A DNA stretch of 64,000 bases from an uncultured delta proteobacterium (GCA_963727445.1 CAVSGI010000010.1:832001-896000); one strand, 5' to 3'. Shown: positions 33,101-42,908, counted from the stretch's first letter. Numbers and translations: made by a program. The notes: a model not told the origin generated them from the letters alone.

Positions 33101-33658
33101 GAAGAGGCGCAGTCGGTCCTGGCCCGGGTGCAGGAGGAGGCCCATCGCTACGTGCGACTGCGGCTCGCTGCGACCGTACTGCGGGCCGAGATCGCGCGTT
33201 ATCGCGACGAAAACCAGGGCCCGATCCTCGACAAGGCCAACGCGTTCTTCCCGCGTCTGACGCGCGGCGCCTACTCGGCCCTACGCACCGGCATGGGGGA
33301 CGGCGACGAGCCGGTGCTCCGTTGCGTTCGCGCGGACGGAGAGGAGGTCGGGGTGGAGGCGCTCTCGGACGGCACCAAGGACCAGCTCTACCTCGCTCTC
33401 CGGCTCGCCACCCTCCTCGACTTCGCCAACCGAAACGGCCCCCTACCCCTCATCCTCGACGATTGCCTCGTCCACTTCGACGACGACCGCGCGCGCGCTG
33501 CCCTCGAGGTGCTCGGCGAGGTCTCGAAGACTTTCCAGATCCTCTTCTTCACCCACCACGCGCGCCTCCTCGAGCTCGCCCGCGAAGCCGTCCCCGAAGA
33601 CCGCCTCCACGTCCGCGACCTCAACGAAGCCCGCCGCGCCGCCGAAGCGCGCCCCTAG
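30143..33658 (+). CDS. yhaN: SMC/Rad50-like coiled-coil ATPase (YhaN-like)
   Basis: GHNEAGKST Walker A, long coiled coil, LSDGTKDQLYLALRLA, ILDD, FTHH. Start overlaps the yhaO stop. Confidence 0.88.
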   Translation: MRIAELHLKAFGPFDDVRVDLDAGGPGLHVIYGHNEAGKSTTLRALFGLFFGIPPRTTDAHRHRMPKLRIGARLVDEEGAVHELLRKKGNKNTLLGPDEQPIDEAVMQRLLAHVSEQEFARMFGLDHETLREGAAELLSSGGDVGQSLYGASLGGGIHTVVTKLDEEADAIFTARGKQKKTLNAALAEYKEAQRRVRDAGFTPEGYKTQVAALEGARTTLEHLEAQRAELHAERYQVERALRVIPLLKKLVLARQEREALGTVIAIAPESVEARARAEKAADEARRTLDFEADEVARLQKQRHALPPRAAVAEVPVDVLSDLADRFSVHRKDDMDLRKREAERDAAAREAERIVARVRPEAKLTDARTLIIQPADRAALAHLADAHGELVSNLANARDNLDAALAEREEITESAGEVGSDDTTELTASLEAARDLGDAPTRLAALRAELAAKAEAAERRAKALPGFEGSAAEAAGLRVPDRAQVDRDVEARRECVRAVTDARAKREERAAELAALESEIEEEARKGAVPTERDLEGQRRDRDRLWAALRRSMEDDADERNGQEALGLDDPDPEAYEDAVARADGTSDAMRREADRVAKRARLETAQREAARALARAEERLKEAEATAKAHDEATRARWRSLGVEGEDAEQMRAFHARHAELVAAWELVETGRAEEAALAARVEEVRARLAKALGGGAERDLRTLARAAEAATADAQERRVRREADRERRNRLSKSIEALERKLAKHQAALEAWKDDWKPRTLALGLGESALPAEAREVIGVLVQLERKLDQLDALQDRIDKMGRDAARFAEDLDRLVASHAPDLADRPLDERAAGFIAAVSEAHAVRDKAAALDDELGERGERVAQLEAQRARAEQELHQLCEAAGVADLEALHEAEARSRRAKEIDATIDALEADLLEAGEGEPLASLQEQTEGLDLGRCRGRKADIDREIEELMDRVDDARHDLREKEGGLARFREDVRASEAAEEAQSVLARVQEEAHRYVRLRLAATVLRAEIARYRDENQGPILDKANAFFPRLTRGAYSALRTGMGDGDEPVLRCVRADGEEVGVEALSDGTKDQLYLALRLATLLDFANRNGPLPLILDDCLVHFDDDRARAALEVLGEVSKTFQILFFTHHARLLELAREAVPEDRLHVRDLNEARRAAEARP

Positions 33659-33681
33659 ACTAGAGCGAGCTTCGAGCGCCC

Positions 33682-35841
33682 TCAGTACTCGAAGCCGCTG
33701 CCGCCGATGAACTCGCGCAGGATCGAGGTCGGGGGGACGTGGTCCGGGTAGATGCTGATGAAGCGCGAGAGCAGGTTCAACAGGCGGTGGGCCGTGGGGT
33801 ACGCGGGGTCGGGGCGAAGCACTTCGAGGAGATAGCGTTCGGCGAAGACCCGCAGCACGGAGAGCTCGTAGATGAGCGAGGTGTCGAAGACGGCGTCGGC
33901 GAGGTGCTGGTACGGGAAGATGTTGCGGCGCTCGCCGCGCCGGACCGAGGGCCACCAGGCGATGGTCCGGGCCGCGTCGCTGCCGCGATTGTGTCGATCG
34001 CGGACGATGCGGCGCAACAGGCGCAGGTCCGACGCGTGCACGCGCGAGACGCGATCGAGGGGGAGCTGGGCGAGAGGACAGATGAAGATGCGATAGATGC
34101 GGTCGTCGGAGACGCTCTCGAGGAGCCTGGGGTTGAGGCCGTGGATGCCTTCGAGGATCAAGACCTCGTTGTCGAGGAGCCGCAGCTCCTTGCCGCCGTG
34201 CGGCATGGACTTGCCGCGCTTGAAATCGTAATGGGCGGTCTTCACCATCTCGCCCGCGAGCAGCCCCGTCACCTGCTCCGCGAGTAGATCGGCGCGAATG
34301 GCCCCGAAGTCCTCGAAGTCGAGATTGCCCTCTTCGTCGCGCGGCGTGTCCTCGCGGTCGATGTAGTAGTCGTCGAGGCCGAGACCCACCGGCGCCATCC
34401 CGTTGACCTGGAGCTGGACGGTCAGCCGGCGGATGAAGGTGCTCTTTCCGCTCGAAGAGGGCCCGGCGATGCAGATGACCTTCACGCTCTCACCGCGCTC
34501 GTGAATCACGTCTGCGATGGTCGACAGCTGCTTCTCCTGAAAGCCTTCGGAGACGCGGATGAGCTGCGAGACGTCCCCCGTCACGCAGGCCCGGTTGAAG
34601 GCGCCCACGCTGTCGATGCCCAGCGTCGCGAGCCACCGCGCGTGGTGCTCCATCATCCGGCCGGTGTGCTCGGCAGCGATGCGAACCTCGCTGAAGACCT
34701 CTTTCTGTCCGGGCCAAGCGGAGAACGTTCCGGTCTTCGCCGACTCGGAGCCGAAGACGAGCAGGATCCCGGCCTCGTCTGCGATGACGTCGTAGTGCTT
34801 CATCATGGCAGTGGACGGAAGGAAGGGCGCCTGCCTGAGCGCGTGGATCTCGCCGTAGCTCACCAGCCGCACCGCCGGGTCGTAGTGGGTGTCGAGGAGC
34901 TTCGCCGCCGACATCCACCCCTGCTTCTCGAAGAAGGCGACGGCCTCGCCCACCATCCACCACTCCTCGCGAAGCCGTCGGTCCTCGGCTTCGAGCGCCC
35001 GCATCTCCTCGGCGAGGCGGCGCGCGAGCGCGACCGCGTCGATCCCCTCGTTCGAGACCACCTGCACCCGCTGACCGAGACCCACCGAGTGCCCGAGGCG
35101 CACCACCAGGCTCGGATCCACACGGTGCGCAGCCTCCACCAACATCAGCCCGAGGCTCCGCTGATAGATCCGCTGCCCTTCCCAGTGCGCTGTGGTGAGC
35201 GGGACCAGGCTCGCGTTCGACGACAGGCGATGGGTCAGCGACTTGGCCCGTTGGTCGACGAGCGCGCCCACCACGAGCTGGTCGTCGACGCGCCGGGGCA
35301 GCAGCTCCTGCACCACCGTCCCCATCGGTACGTCGTAATCGTTGCTCCCGACGTGAACGGTCAGTGTCGTGCGCCGCGGCAGCGACCGCTCGTCGAGGAG
35401 CACGCTCATGTCCTTGGCGAAGCTCGCGAGACGATCGCTCACGCCGCGCAGGAGCATCCGCTCGACCTGGAGGGCCACCTTGGGCGCGCGCTCGGCGAGC
35501 CCTTCGAGGGCGTCTCGGTCGAGCACGGCCACCTCCACCTCGGTGCGCGCCACCGCCGAGGCCGCGCGCGGCAAGTCGCCCACGAGTCCCATCTCGCCGA
35601 AGTGCTCGCCCTCGCGCAGCGGCCCGATGCTGACCCCGTCGGCTTCGATGTTGGCCTCGCCCGAGAGCAGAAAGAACATCTGGTCCTCGAGCTCGCCCTC
35701 GACGGTGAGCGTCTGGCGCGGCGCGAAACGGCGGCGAACCAGAAACGAAGCGAGGATCGAGCGGTCCTCGGGCTCGAGCGGATCGAGGGCTTCGAAGCGC
35801 AAGAGCTCGTCGGGATCGATCGGGGGTAGCTCGCCGGCCAT
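33682..35841 (-). CDS. Fusion of cyclic-nucleotide-binding domain, ThrRS N-terminal-like domain and uridine kinase
   Basis: GEHFGEMGL..PRAASA (cNMP domain), IAGPSSSGKSTF, LDDYY, EGIHGLNP, RLLRRIVRD, SILREFIGGS. Confidence 0.85.
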   Translation of the reverse strand: MAGELPPIDPDELLRFEALDPLEPEDRSILASFLVRRRFAPRQTLTVEGELEDQMFFLLSGEANIEADGVSIGPLREGEHFGEMGLVGDLPRAASAVARTEVEVAVLDRDALEGLAERAPKVALQVERMLLRGVSDRLASFAKDMSVLLDERSLPRRTTLTVHVGSNDYDVPMGTVVQELLPRRVDDQLVVGALVDQRAKSLTHRLSSNASLVPLTTAHWEGQRIYQRSLGLMLVEAAHRVDPSLVVRLGHSVGLGQRVQVVSNEGIDAVALARRLAEEMRALEAEDRRLREEWWMVGEAVAFFEKQGWMSAAKLLDTHYDPAVRLVSYGEIHALRQAPFLPSTAMMKHYDVIADEAGILLVFGSESAKTGTFSAWPGQKEVFSEVRIAAEHTGRMMEHHARWLATLGIDSVGAFNRACVTGDVSQLIRVSEGFQEKQLSTIADVIHERGESVKVICIAGPSSSGKSTFIRRLTVQLQVNGMAPVGLGLDDYYIDREDTPRDEEGNLDFEDFGAIRADLLAEQVTGLLAGEMVKTAHYDFKRGKSMPHGGKELRLLDNEVLILEGIHGLNPRLLESVSDDRIYRIFICPLAQLPLDRVSRVHASDLRLLRRIVRDRHNRGSDAARTIAWWPSVRRGERRNIFPYQHLADAVFDTSLIYELSVLRVFAERYLLEVLRPDPAYPTAHRLLNLLSRFISIYPDHVPPTSILREFIGGSGFEY

Positions 35842-35886
35842 CGAGGCCTGTTTAGACCACGAAGCGCCGTCCTCAGCAATCGGTGC

Positions 35887-37458
35887 TCATTGGACCGAGA
35901 TCGAGCGCCCGCGCATCAGCGAGCCCGTGGTGCCCGCGCCTTCGAAGCCGACCCGGACGGTGAGCAGGCCGCTGCCCTTGGCGGCGACGTTGCCGCGGAT
36001 CACCACCGTGTGGAACATGTCGGCCGGGGCTGCGGCGAAGCGCTCGCGTGCCTTCTTCACGTCGGGAAGCACGGCGCCGGCTTCGATCTGGTAGTCCGGC
36101 AGGCTGACCCGTCGCTTGCCGCTGAAGTCGCCTTCGTCGACGGAGAGGCCGGCGACCTCTACCGCTCGAGGAGCGATGATCCCCCGATCGACGGCGTCCC
36201 CACCGACCTCGATGAAGAGGCCCCTGGCGCCCCCGCCGATGCTCACCACGGGAACGCGGATCTCGAAGGGCGAGCCGTCGTCGAAGCTCCAATCGGGCGT
36301 CTTGCGGGTGGGATCGAGGCTCAGCTGCGCCGGCCCCCGCACACGCTCGACGGGCTTCGGCGGCCGAGATGCGATCGCTTCCTCCACCTCGAGAGGCGGC
36401 TCGCTGATCGGTGCGTCGTCGGGCTGCTCGAGCCGCCACGACCGACCCGCCCCGAGCTCGCCTTCGAAGCCGACCCACTGATGGCCGAGTCCCAGCGCGA
36501 TGGCGTGCCCTCCGTCGCTCCGCTCGGCCACCCAGAGCGAGGCGTCTCCGGTCGCGTCTTCGCCCGCGAAGCGATGAGCGGCCGCATCGTCGAGGGACGC
36601 GGCGTCGGCCACCCGCAGCTCCTTTTCGCCGAGCATCGCGTAGACGAGATCGCCCGAGTCGGTCACGCGCCCCGGGCCGAGCCCCGGGCGCTCCACCCAT
36701 ACGATGGGACGGCCGCGCTCGTCGAAGCGCACGATCGCGCCCTCGCGCCCTTCGACGCACAGCCCCACCACGACGCCGTGCTCGGTGCACGATGCCCAGC
36801 ATCGGCTGCCGGCCGACGCGGGAACGCGCAGCACCGACTCGAAGCTCCGCCCCCCGGGCCGCACGACGCCGATGGTGCCGCTCGACGAATCCGAAAGCGC
36901 GATGCCGAAACGATTCGCATCGAGGCGCACGTCGGCAGCCTCGGTGGAGCAACGCGCACGGCTCCAGGGTGGGTTCGCGCCGTCCCTCCAGATCACCGCC
37001 GGCCACTCGACGCGCGTCGGGCGCGCCGGGTCGAGATCGACCGCCCACTTCGCCCGCCTGCCGGTGGGCAGGGCGCCGATCCCGAGCCGCGCGACGTCGC
37101 GTCCTTTGAGCCGCGCGACGTGCACCGCGGCGAAGCGGTCCTCACCCAGGGCGACCGCTTCCAGGAGGCGGCGCGGAAGCGTCTCGGGCGCGCTTCCATC
37201 GAGCGACGCGAGCACGGGCTCGCCCTGGCCCCCCGCGAAGAGCGCGCGTTCGGCGCCGGGGGTCACGGCGAGAAGGGTTCGGGGCGCCCAGCGATAGCCG
37301 TTCCGACTGGGCGAAGGCGGCGCCATGCCCAGCTGCTCCTCGCCGACGATCCGGCGAGCCCCCCGTGCATCGTGAACGCTCAGGCCTCGCGCCCCGAGCA
37401 CCACCGTCGTCTCACCATCGGTCCAAACGTTCATGTAAAGCCCAGCCTCGCGAGGCAT
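35887..37458 (-). CDS. Hypothetical protein (possible N-terminal beta-propeller)
   Basis: 523 aa ORF filling the gap between identified genes; no motif recognised. Confidence 0.55.
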   Translation of the reverse strand: MPREAGLYMNVWTDGETTVVLGARGLSVHDARGARRIVGEEQLGMAPPSPSRNGYRWAPRTLLAVTPGAERALFAGGQGEPVLASLDGSAPETLPRRLLEAVALGEDRFAAVHVARLKGRDVARLGIGALPTGRRAKWAVDLDPARPTRVEWPAVIWRDGANPPWSRARCSTEAADVRLDANRFGIALSDSSSGTIGVVRPGGRSFESVLRVPASAGSRCWASCTEHGVVVGLCVEGREGAIVRFDERGRPIVWVERPGLGPGRVTDSGDLVYAMLGEKELRVADAASLDDAAAHRFAGEDATGDASLWVAERSDGGHAIALGLGHQWVGFEGELGAGRSWRLEQPDDAPISEPPLEVEEAIASRPPKPVERVRGPAQLSLDPTRKTPDWSFDDGSPFEIRVPVVSIGGGARGLFIEVGGDAVDRGIIAPRAVEVAGLSVDEGDFSGKRRVSLPDYQIEAGAVLPDVKKARERFAAAPADMFHTVVIRGNVAAKGSGLLTVRVGFEGAGTTGSLMRGRSISVQ

Positions 37459-37559
37459 CCGAGCCCAGCGATCAACTGGCCTCTACTACGCCCCCTGCGC
37501 CGATCCCCTTCCCAGAGGTCGCCGAAAACCTTGTGCACTCGCGGTGTTTCGGCGAAACC

Positions 37560-38909
37560 GTGGATGTGGGAGAAGAGCGCACAGCGGAGGGGGGGGCTGG
37601 GGCGGAGGTGGACCGGCGCCTCGGGCTTCCCACCGCGATGCTCCTGGTGGTCGCCTCCATGGTGGGGACCGGCGTCTTCACCACCACCGGCTTTCTGCTC
37701 CGCGACATCGGCTCCATCTACGCGGTGCTGACGAGCTGGGCCGTGGGCGGCGCCGTCGCCCTCTTCGGCGCCCTCGCCTACGCGGAGTTGGTCGCCGCGC
37801 TCCCCCACAACGGCGGCGAGTACCAGCTCCTGTCGCGGATCTATCACCCAGGCGTGGGATTCGCTGCGGGCTTCACCTCGCTGGTGGTGGGTTTCTCCGC
37901 GCCCACCGCGGCGTCGGCCATCGCCTTCGCCGAGTATGCGGACCTCGCCCTCGGAGGCGACGTGCTCCCCGCACTCCCGGTCGCCGTCGCCCTGATCGTC
38001 GGCACCTCGGCGGTGCACGCCTTCGAGGTCGGCGTGGGCGGCCGCTTTCAGAATGCCTTCACCGCAGGAAAGATCCTCCTCGTCTGCCTCTTCATCGGCT
38101 TCGGCCTCGCGAACGGCGATCTCAGCCGCCTCAACGCGCCGACCGAGCATGCATTCGGTCCAGCGCTGCTCTCCCCCGCCTTCGCGGTCGGATTGATCTA
38201 CGTCTCCTTCTCCTACAGCGGCTGGAACGCCGCCGCCTACGTCGCCGGCGAGGTGCGGGATCCAAAGCGCAACCTCCCCCGCGCGCTGATGCTCGGCACC
38301 GGAGTCGTCACCGCGCTCTACCTCTTCCTCAATCTGGTCTTCATCGGTGCCGCGGACGTCCCGACTCTGATCGGCGCCGAGGAGAGGGTCGGCGCCGTCG
38401 CCGCGATCCAGCTCTTCGGTCAGAGCGCGGGACGCGCCCTCGCCGGGATCATCGCCATCGGCCTGGTCTCGACGGTCGGCGCGCTGGTGATGACCGGGCC
38501 CCGCGTCTACGAGGCGATGGGCCGCGACTATCCGACCATCGCGCTGCTCTCGCGGAGGCGTGTGGGCGGCGGACCGATCCTGGCGATCGGGCTCCAGGCG
38601 GTGATCAGCATCGCCATGGTGCTGACCGCCAGCTTCGACGAGCTGCTCACCTACATCGGCTTCACGCTCTCGTTCTTCGCGGCGCTCACGGTGATCGGGG
38701 TGTTCGTCCTCCGGCGTCGTGAGCCGGAGCTCGAGCGCCCCTACCGCACCTGGGGTCACCCCTTCACCTCGATCGGCTTCGTCCTACTCTCGTCTTGGAT
38801 GGTGGTCTTCGCCGTCGTCGAACGGCCGCAGATCTCGCTCGCCGGGGCGGGGACCATCGTGGGCGGCATGATCGTCTGGTGGGTGCTGCAAAAGCGCCGT
38901 TCGCGATAG
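37560..38909 (+). CDS. APC-family amino acid permease
   Basis: MVGTGVF, GGEY, FSYSGWN, PYRTWG; about 12 hydrophobic segments. Start approximate. Confidence 0.9.
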   Translation: MDVGEERTAEGGAGAEVDRRLGLPTAMLLVVASMVGTGVFTTTGFLLRDIGSIYAVLTSWAVGGAVALFGALAYAELVAALPHNGGEYQLLSRIYHPGVGFAAGFTSLVVGFSAPTAASAIAFAEYADLALGGDVLPALPVAVALIVGTSAVHAFEVGVGGRFQNAFTAGKILLVCLFIGFGLANGDLSRLNAPTEHAFGPALLSPAFAVGLIYVSFSYSGWNAAAYVAGEVRDPKRNLPRALMLGTGVVTALYLFLNLVFIGAADVPTLIGAEERVGAVAAIQLFGQSAGRALAGIIAIGLVSTVGALVMTGPRVYEAMGRDYPTIALLSRRRVGGGPILAIGLQAVISIAMVLTASFDELLTYIGFTLSFFAALTVIGVFVLRRREPELERPYRTWGHPFTSIGFVLLSSWMVVFAVVERPQISLAGAGTIVGGMIVWWVLQKRRSR

Positions 38910-38921
38910 AGTTCGCCGCAC

Positions 38922-40694
38922 ATGAGCCAGCCTCCCAAAAGGCGCCACGCCCTCGGCCCGATCCTCGGCGTCCTCGTGCTCCTGGGGATCGCGGGGGGGA
39001 CCATCTACTGGCTGACGAGCGGCGGCACCACCGCCCCCGAGCGCATCTTCGTCTCCGTCACGAGCGACCACCCCGCCTTCGCGCGCGCTCTGCGCCAGCG
39101 CCTCGGGCGCCAGCTCGCGAGCAGAGGATTCGTGGTCGCGAGCGAGGAGGAAGGCGCCAACGATCAGACCGACCTGAGTTGGGACGACGCGCTCGCCGCC
39201 GCGGCCGCTGCCGGTGCGCACTACCTGGTGCACGTCGGAGTCCACCTCGATTCGGAGCGCCCCGGATTGACCGAGGGAACCACCTTCGCGGTGGCGACCG
39301 GCGAGATGCGCGTCGGCCCCGTCGATGCCGCCGAAGCCGCCGAAGCGGAGCCGGCCGAGACGCGCTCCCTCACCTTCGGCTCCGAGGGTCGCGGCGACGT
39401 CGACGAAGCGCTGATGGAGCTGGCCGGCGCGTTCGCCGTGCCCATGGGCCACTGGGCGGCGGGCGACCTCCTGAGCATGCCCGCCATGGTCGATCTCCTC
39501 GAACACCCCGAGCGCATCGCCGACGCCGAGCGCCGGGAAACGCTCAGCGGTGCACTCGACAAGAAGGCCGGTCAGCAGCGCAGTCAGACCCGCTACGACG
39601 AGCTCTGCGTCGAGGCGGTGGTGCAGGCCACGCTCGACGACGAGCTGGGGCCGGTGCCGGTGCAATGCCTCGACATCGACTGCGGTGAACGATACCTCTT
39701 CGCCCTCTCCCGCGACGGAACGCAGGCCTTGGTGCACATCGAATCGCCCACCATCTTCGTTCCCTTCGCCAACTCGCCCGCGCCGCAGACGGCGGAGACC
39801 CTCGAGCGCCTCGAGCTGATCCCCTTCGACGAAGACGGCGAACGGAAGACGCTCGCGGTCGCGGAGAGCTTCTACGGCGACGGAAGCATGAGCGCCGACG
39901 GATCGCGGGTCGCCTTCGTCGAGCAGGCCCGGCAGCGCTTCGGCGTGGTCGGCCTCGAGGTCGAGAGCGGCGAGCGCCACGTCCTCGCGATGGTGGAGCG
40001 GCCGGGCGTCGTCGTGCGCGCAGTCATCTCGCCGGACGGTCGGTGGGTGGCGATCGAACAAAAGGCTTTCCATCAGGCGCACACCGAGCTTCACGTCGTG
40101 CCCTTCGAGGGTGGCGAAGAGGTGGTGATCTCGCGGCGGACGCGAATGGCTCGATGGGTGGTGGCGCCGCTGTCGCCGGGGGAAGAGCCGCGCCAGCTCC
40201 TCGCCTTCGACGGGACGCCGACCTACGACGGCTCACCCTTGCCCGCGCTCGTCGATCCCGCGTCGCCCGAGGACGTTGTCACGCTCGACGTCGGGGACTA
40301 CGTCGTGCGCCAGGTGATCGGCGCAAACGAGGGGCGGCTGGTGCTCCTCGGCTCACCTTCCGAAAACGTCGACCGGTGCGCCCTCGGCGTGCGCGATCCG
40401 GCGAGCGGCAGCTTCGAGTGGCGCGAGATCGCGACCTGCATCGGCGAGGCGACGATGACGGAGAGCTTCGAGGTGGTGGGAACGGCCATCGTGACTCGGG
40501 AGGGCGACCTGGGGCCCGAGGACGCCGAGGTCATGATCATGAACCTCGACACCGGTGATACCAGCATCCACACCGTCGACCGGGTGAACGAGACCCACGC
40601 CCTCGCGGCCGGTCGCCACATCGCCTTCGACCGGCCGATCCCCTCGCAGTTCCCCGCGGTGCACCCGCACGCGGTGTGCTGGACGACCCGCTGA
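38922..40694 (+). CDS. Membrane-anchored hypothetical protein with C-terminal TolB-like propeller
   Basis: N-terminal TM segment; SADGSRVAF and ISPDGRWVA repeats. Confidence 0.65.
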   Translation: MSQPPKRRHALGPILGVLVLLGIAGGTIYWLTSGGTTAPERIFVSVTSDHPAFARALRQRLGRQLASRGFVVASEEEGANDQTDLSWDDALAAAAAAGAHYLVHVGVHLDSERPGLTEGTTFAVATGEMRVGPVDAAEAAEAEPAETRSLTFGSEGRGDVDEALMELAGAFAVPMGHWAAGDLLSMPAMVDLLEHPERIADAERRETLSGALDKKAGQQRSQTRYDELCVEAVVQATLDDELGPVPVQCLDIDCGERYLFALSRDGTQALVHIESPTIFVPFANSPAPQTAETLERLELIPFDEDGERKTLAVAESFYGDGSMSADGSRVAFVEQARQRFGVVGLEVESGERHVLAMVERPGVVVRAVISPDGRWVAIEQKAFHQAHTELHVVPFEGGEEVVISRRTRMARWVVAPLSPGEEPRQLLAFDGTPTYDGSPLPALVDPASPEDVVTLDVGDYVVRQVIGANEGRLVLLGSPSENVDRCALGVRDPASGSFEWREIATCIGEATMTESFEVVGTAIVTREGDLGPEDAEVMIMNLDTGDTSIHTVDRVNETHALAAGRHIAFDRPIPSQFPAVHPHAVCWTTR

Positions 40695-40700
40695 GCTGAC

Positions 40701-42473
40701 TCAGCCGCCGTTCGGCTGGCCCATGCGCAGCGGCCCACCTCGCGCCGTGGCCCACGGAGTGCACGCGGTGCCCGAGCCGGGAACGGTGAAGACGTCCATC
40801 GCGTGGTCGAAGGTCTGGACGAAGATCTCCAGTTGCCCGTCACCGTCGAGGTCGTAGATCGCCGGCGCAGCGGGAGCGCCGTTGCCGTTACCGTTCATGC
40901 CCGGGTCGGGGAGCGGGACGTCGTGGAGAAGCGACCCGTCGGCGCCCAGGATCATCAGGTAGCCCGCTTGGGCATCGGGATCGCCGAAGGTGGTGAAGAC
41001 CAGCTCGGGCGAGCCGTCCTGGTTCAGGTCGGCGGCGACCACCTCCGAGGCGTACATGATCGTCTGTCCGTGGGTGTAGTCGTAGCGCCAGAGCTGACTC
41101 GCGCTCGCGTCGAAGGCGTACAAGAAGCCGTCGTTCAGCGAGACGACGACCTCCGGCGCTTCGTCGCCCTGGATGTCGAGGGTGAGGGCCGCGGGGACGC
41201 CGCCCGGCGGATAGTAGCCGTCGACCTGGATCGGATACTCGCCCCGCGGCATCGTCTCCCAACCCGACAGGCGCATGGCCGAGCGGCTCCCGTCGCCGTA
41301 GGCCCCCTCGAGGACCAGGATCCCGTAGGCCTGGGTCTCGTAGGGCTCGTTCATCTCGATGTTCGGGACGCCGAGGACTTCGTTCTTCCCGTCGCCGTTC
41401 ATGTCGACCACGTTCGGCGGAGACGCCGTCCACTGGAGCCACTCGTCGGTGGTGGGGCTGGGCCACTCACCTTCGTGCAAATGGTAGTGCGCCTCCTCCA
41501 CCGCCGGGTCGGCCCAGCGGATGAACTGGCCCCAGGTCATGGGCATCCCGTCCCACTCGGTCTGACGGTTCGTGAAGTAGGGCGCCGCATCGATCGCTTC
41601 GCCGTTCTTGTCGAATGCCTGGATGTGGTGGTTGTCGTAGGTGACGAGGATCTCGAGGTCGCTGTCGTCGTCGATGTCCCCGAGGCCCACGTTGAGCCCA
41701 TAGCAGCCGAAGCCGTTGTGGCCCTGCCCGTTTCGGTCGAGGTCGCCGCCTTCGCCGGTGCGATCGTTGTAGCGGGGCCACGCGGGGAACGCCGCGTCCG
41801 CCGGCTGGTAGAGCGCGCCGTTGACCGAGTAGACGAAGACCTGTGCGCCCCCGTCTTCCGTGCGCTCGGTCTGCGTGGTGGTGGCGACGATCTCGAGCAG
41901 GCCGTCGTTGTCGAGGTCGCCCGCAGCGAGTCCGCGCACCTCGGGCTCGTTCCCGGCGGTGGTGGTGTCCTGAGGCCATCCGTCCTTCGGCGAGAGCTCA
42001 CCGTCCTGCCACTCCAGCGCCCAGACCTCCTTGCCGCGTCCGTACACCACCTCCACGACACCATCGCCCTCGAGGTCGGCGACGACGTGAGGTGCGTAGA
42101 TGCGTCCGTCACCGAAGGACGCCTGCTGCAGGAGCGAGCCCGCGTCGTCGAAGACGAAGACGTCGTAGTACGCGGCGATGAGCTCGTTCACTCCGTCTGA
42201 ATCGAGGTCGGCTACGACCGGTGAGGCGAACCAGCTCGTCTGGCCCTCGAGGTTCATGACGTGCTCCGGTGCGGCGACCTCGCCCGGGCTGGTGCCGGCC
42301 TCGCACACCGGGTTGCGCGTCCCGCCGGTGGTCGAGCCGCCATCGGGCCGCGGCGGCGGCGGCCCGGAGTCCCGCATCGTCGTGCCGGTGTCCATGCCTC
42401 CGCCGCCCCCGTCGTCGCCGCAACCGAACGAGAGAAGCAGAGGGAGGAGCGCGAAGAGGGCCATGGGACGCAT
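40701..42473 (-). CDS. FG-GAP/VCBS repeat lipoprotein
   Basis: Signal ending LSFGC; multiple DLDxDGxxEI Ca-binding repeats. Confidence 0.85.
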   Translation of the reverse strand: MRPMALFALLPLLLSFGCGDDGGGGGMDTGTTMRDSGPPPPRPDGGSTTGGTRNPVCEAGTSPGEVAAPEHVMNLEGQTSWFASPVVADLDSDGVNELIAAYYDVFVFDDAGSLLQQASFGDGRIYAPHVVADLEGDGVVEVVYGRGKEVWALEWQDGELSPKDGWPQDTTTAGNEPEVRGLAAGDLDNDGLLEIVATTTQTERTEDGGAQVFVYSVNGALYQPADAAFPAWPRYNDRTGEGGDLDRNGQGHNGFGCYGLNVGLGDIDDDSDLEILVTYDNHHIQAFDKNGEAIDAAPYFTNRQTEWDGMPMTWGQFIRWADPAVEEAHYHLHEGEWPSPTTDEWLQWTASPPNVVDMNGDGKNEVLGVPNIEMNEPYETQAYGILVLEGAYGDGSRSAMRLSGWETMPRGEYPIQVDGYYPPGGVPAALTLDIQGDEAPEVVVSLNDGFLYAFDASASQLWRYDYTHGQTIMYASEVVAADLNQDGSPELVFTTFGDPDAQAGYLMILGADGSLLHDVPLPDPGMNGNGNGAPAAPAIYDLDGDGQLEIFVQTFDHAMDVFTVPGSGTACTPWATARGGPLRMGQPNGG

Positions 42474-42509
42474 GACGAAAGGATACCGCGGAAGGGCTAT
42501 GCTTCGCCC

Positions 42510-42902
42510 GTGACTCACGTGACCCACCGGGGCGGCTGCCATTGCGGGGCCGTTCGATTCGAGGTCGAGGCGCCCGCGCGCTTCGAGAGCCACGCCTGCA
42601 ACTGCTCGCGCTGCGAGATGATCGGCTTTCGGCATCTGATCGTGCCCAAGTCCCGCTTCCGCCTCCTCACCGACGAGCCCGCGCTCACCGAGTACCGTTT
42701 CGGGACCCAGGTCGCGCGCCACCTCTTCTGCGCCACCTGCGGCGTCCAGTCCTTCTACGTGCCGCGCAGCAACCCCGACGGCATCAGCGTCAACACCCGC
42801 TGCCTCGCCCGGGAGACGATCGAAGAAGAGCGTGTCGTGCCCTTCGACGGACAGAACTGGGAGAAGAACGCCGGCGCGCTCGCTCACCTCTCGGAAGGCT
42901 GA
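42510..42902 (+). CDS. GFA/CENP-V family zinc protein
   Basis: GGCHCGAVRF, CNCSRC, HLFCATCG, RSNPDG, FDGQNWE. Confidence 0.92.
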   Translation: MTHVTHRGGCHCGAVRFEVEAPARFESHACNCSRCEMIGFRHLIVPKSRFRLLTDEPALTEYRFGTQVARHLFCATCGVQSFYVPRSNPDGISVNTRCLARETIEEERVVPFDGQNWEKNAGALAHLSEG

Positions 42903-42908
42903 TCCTGG

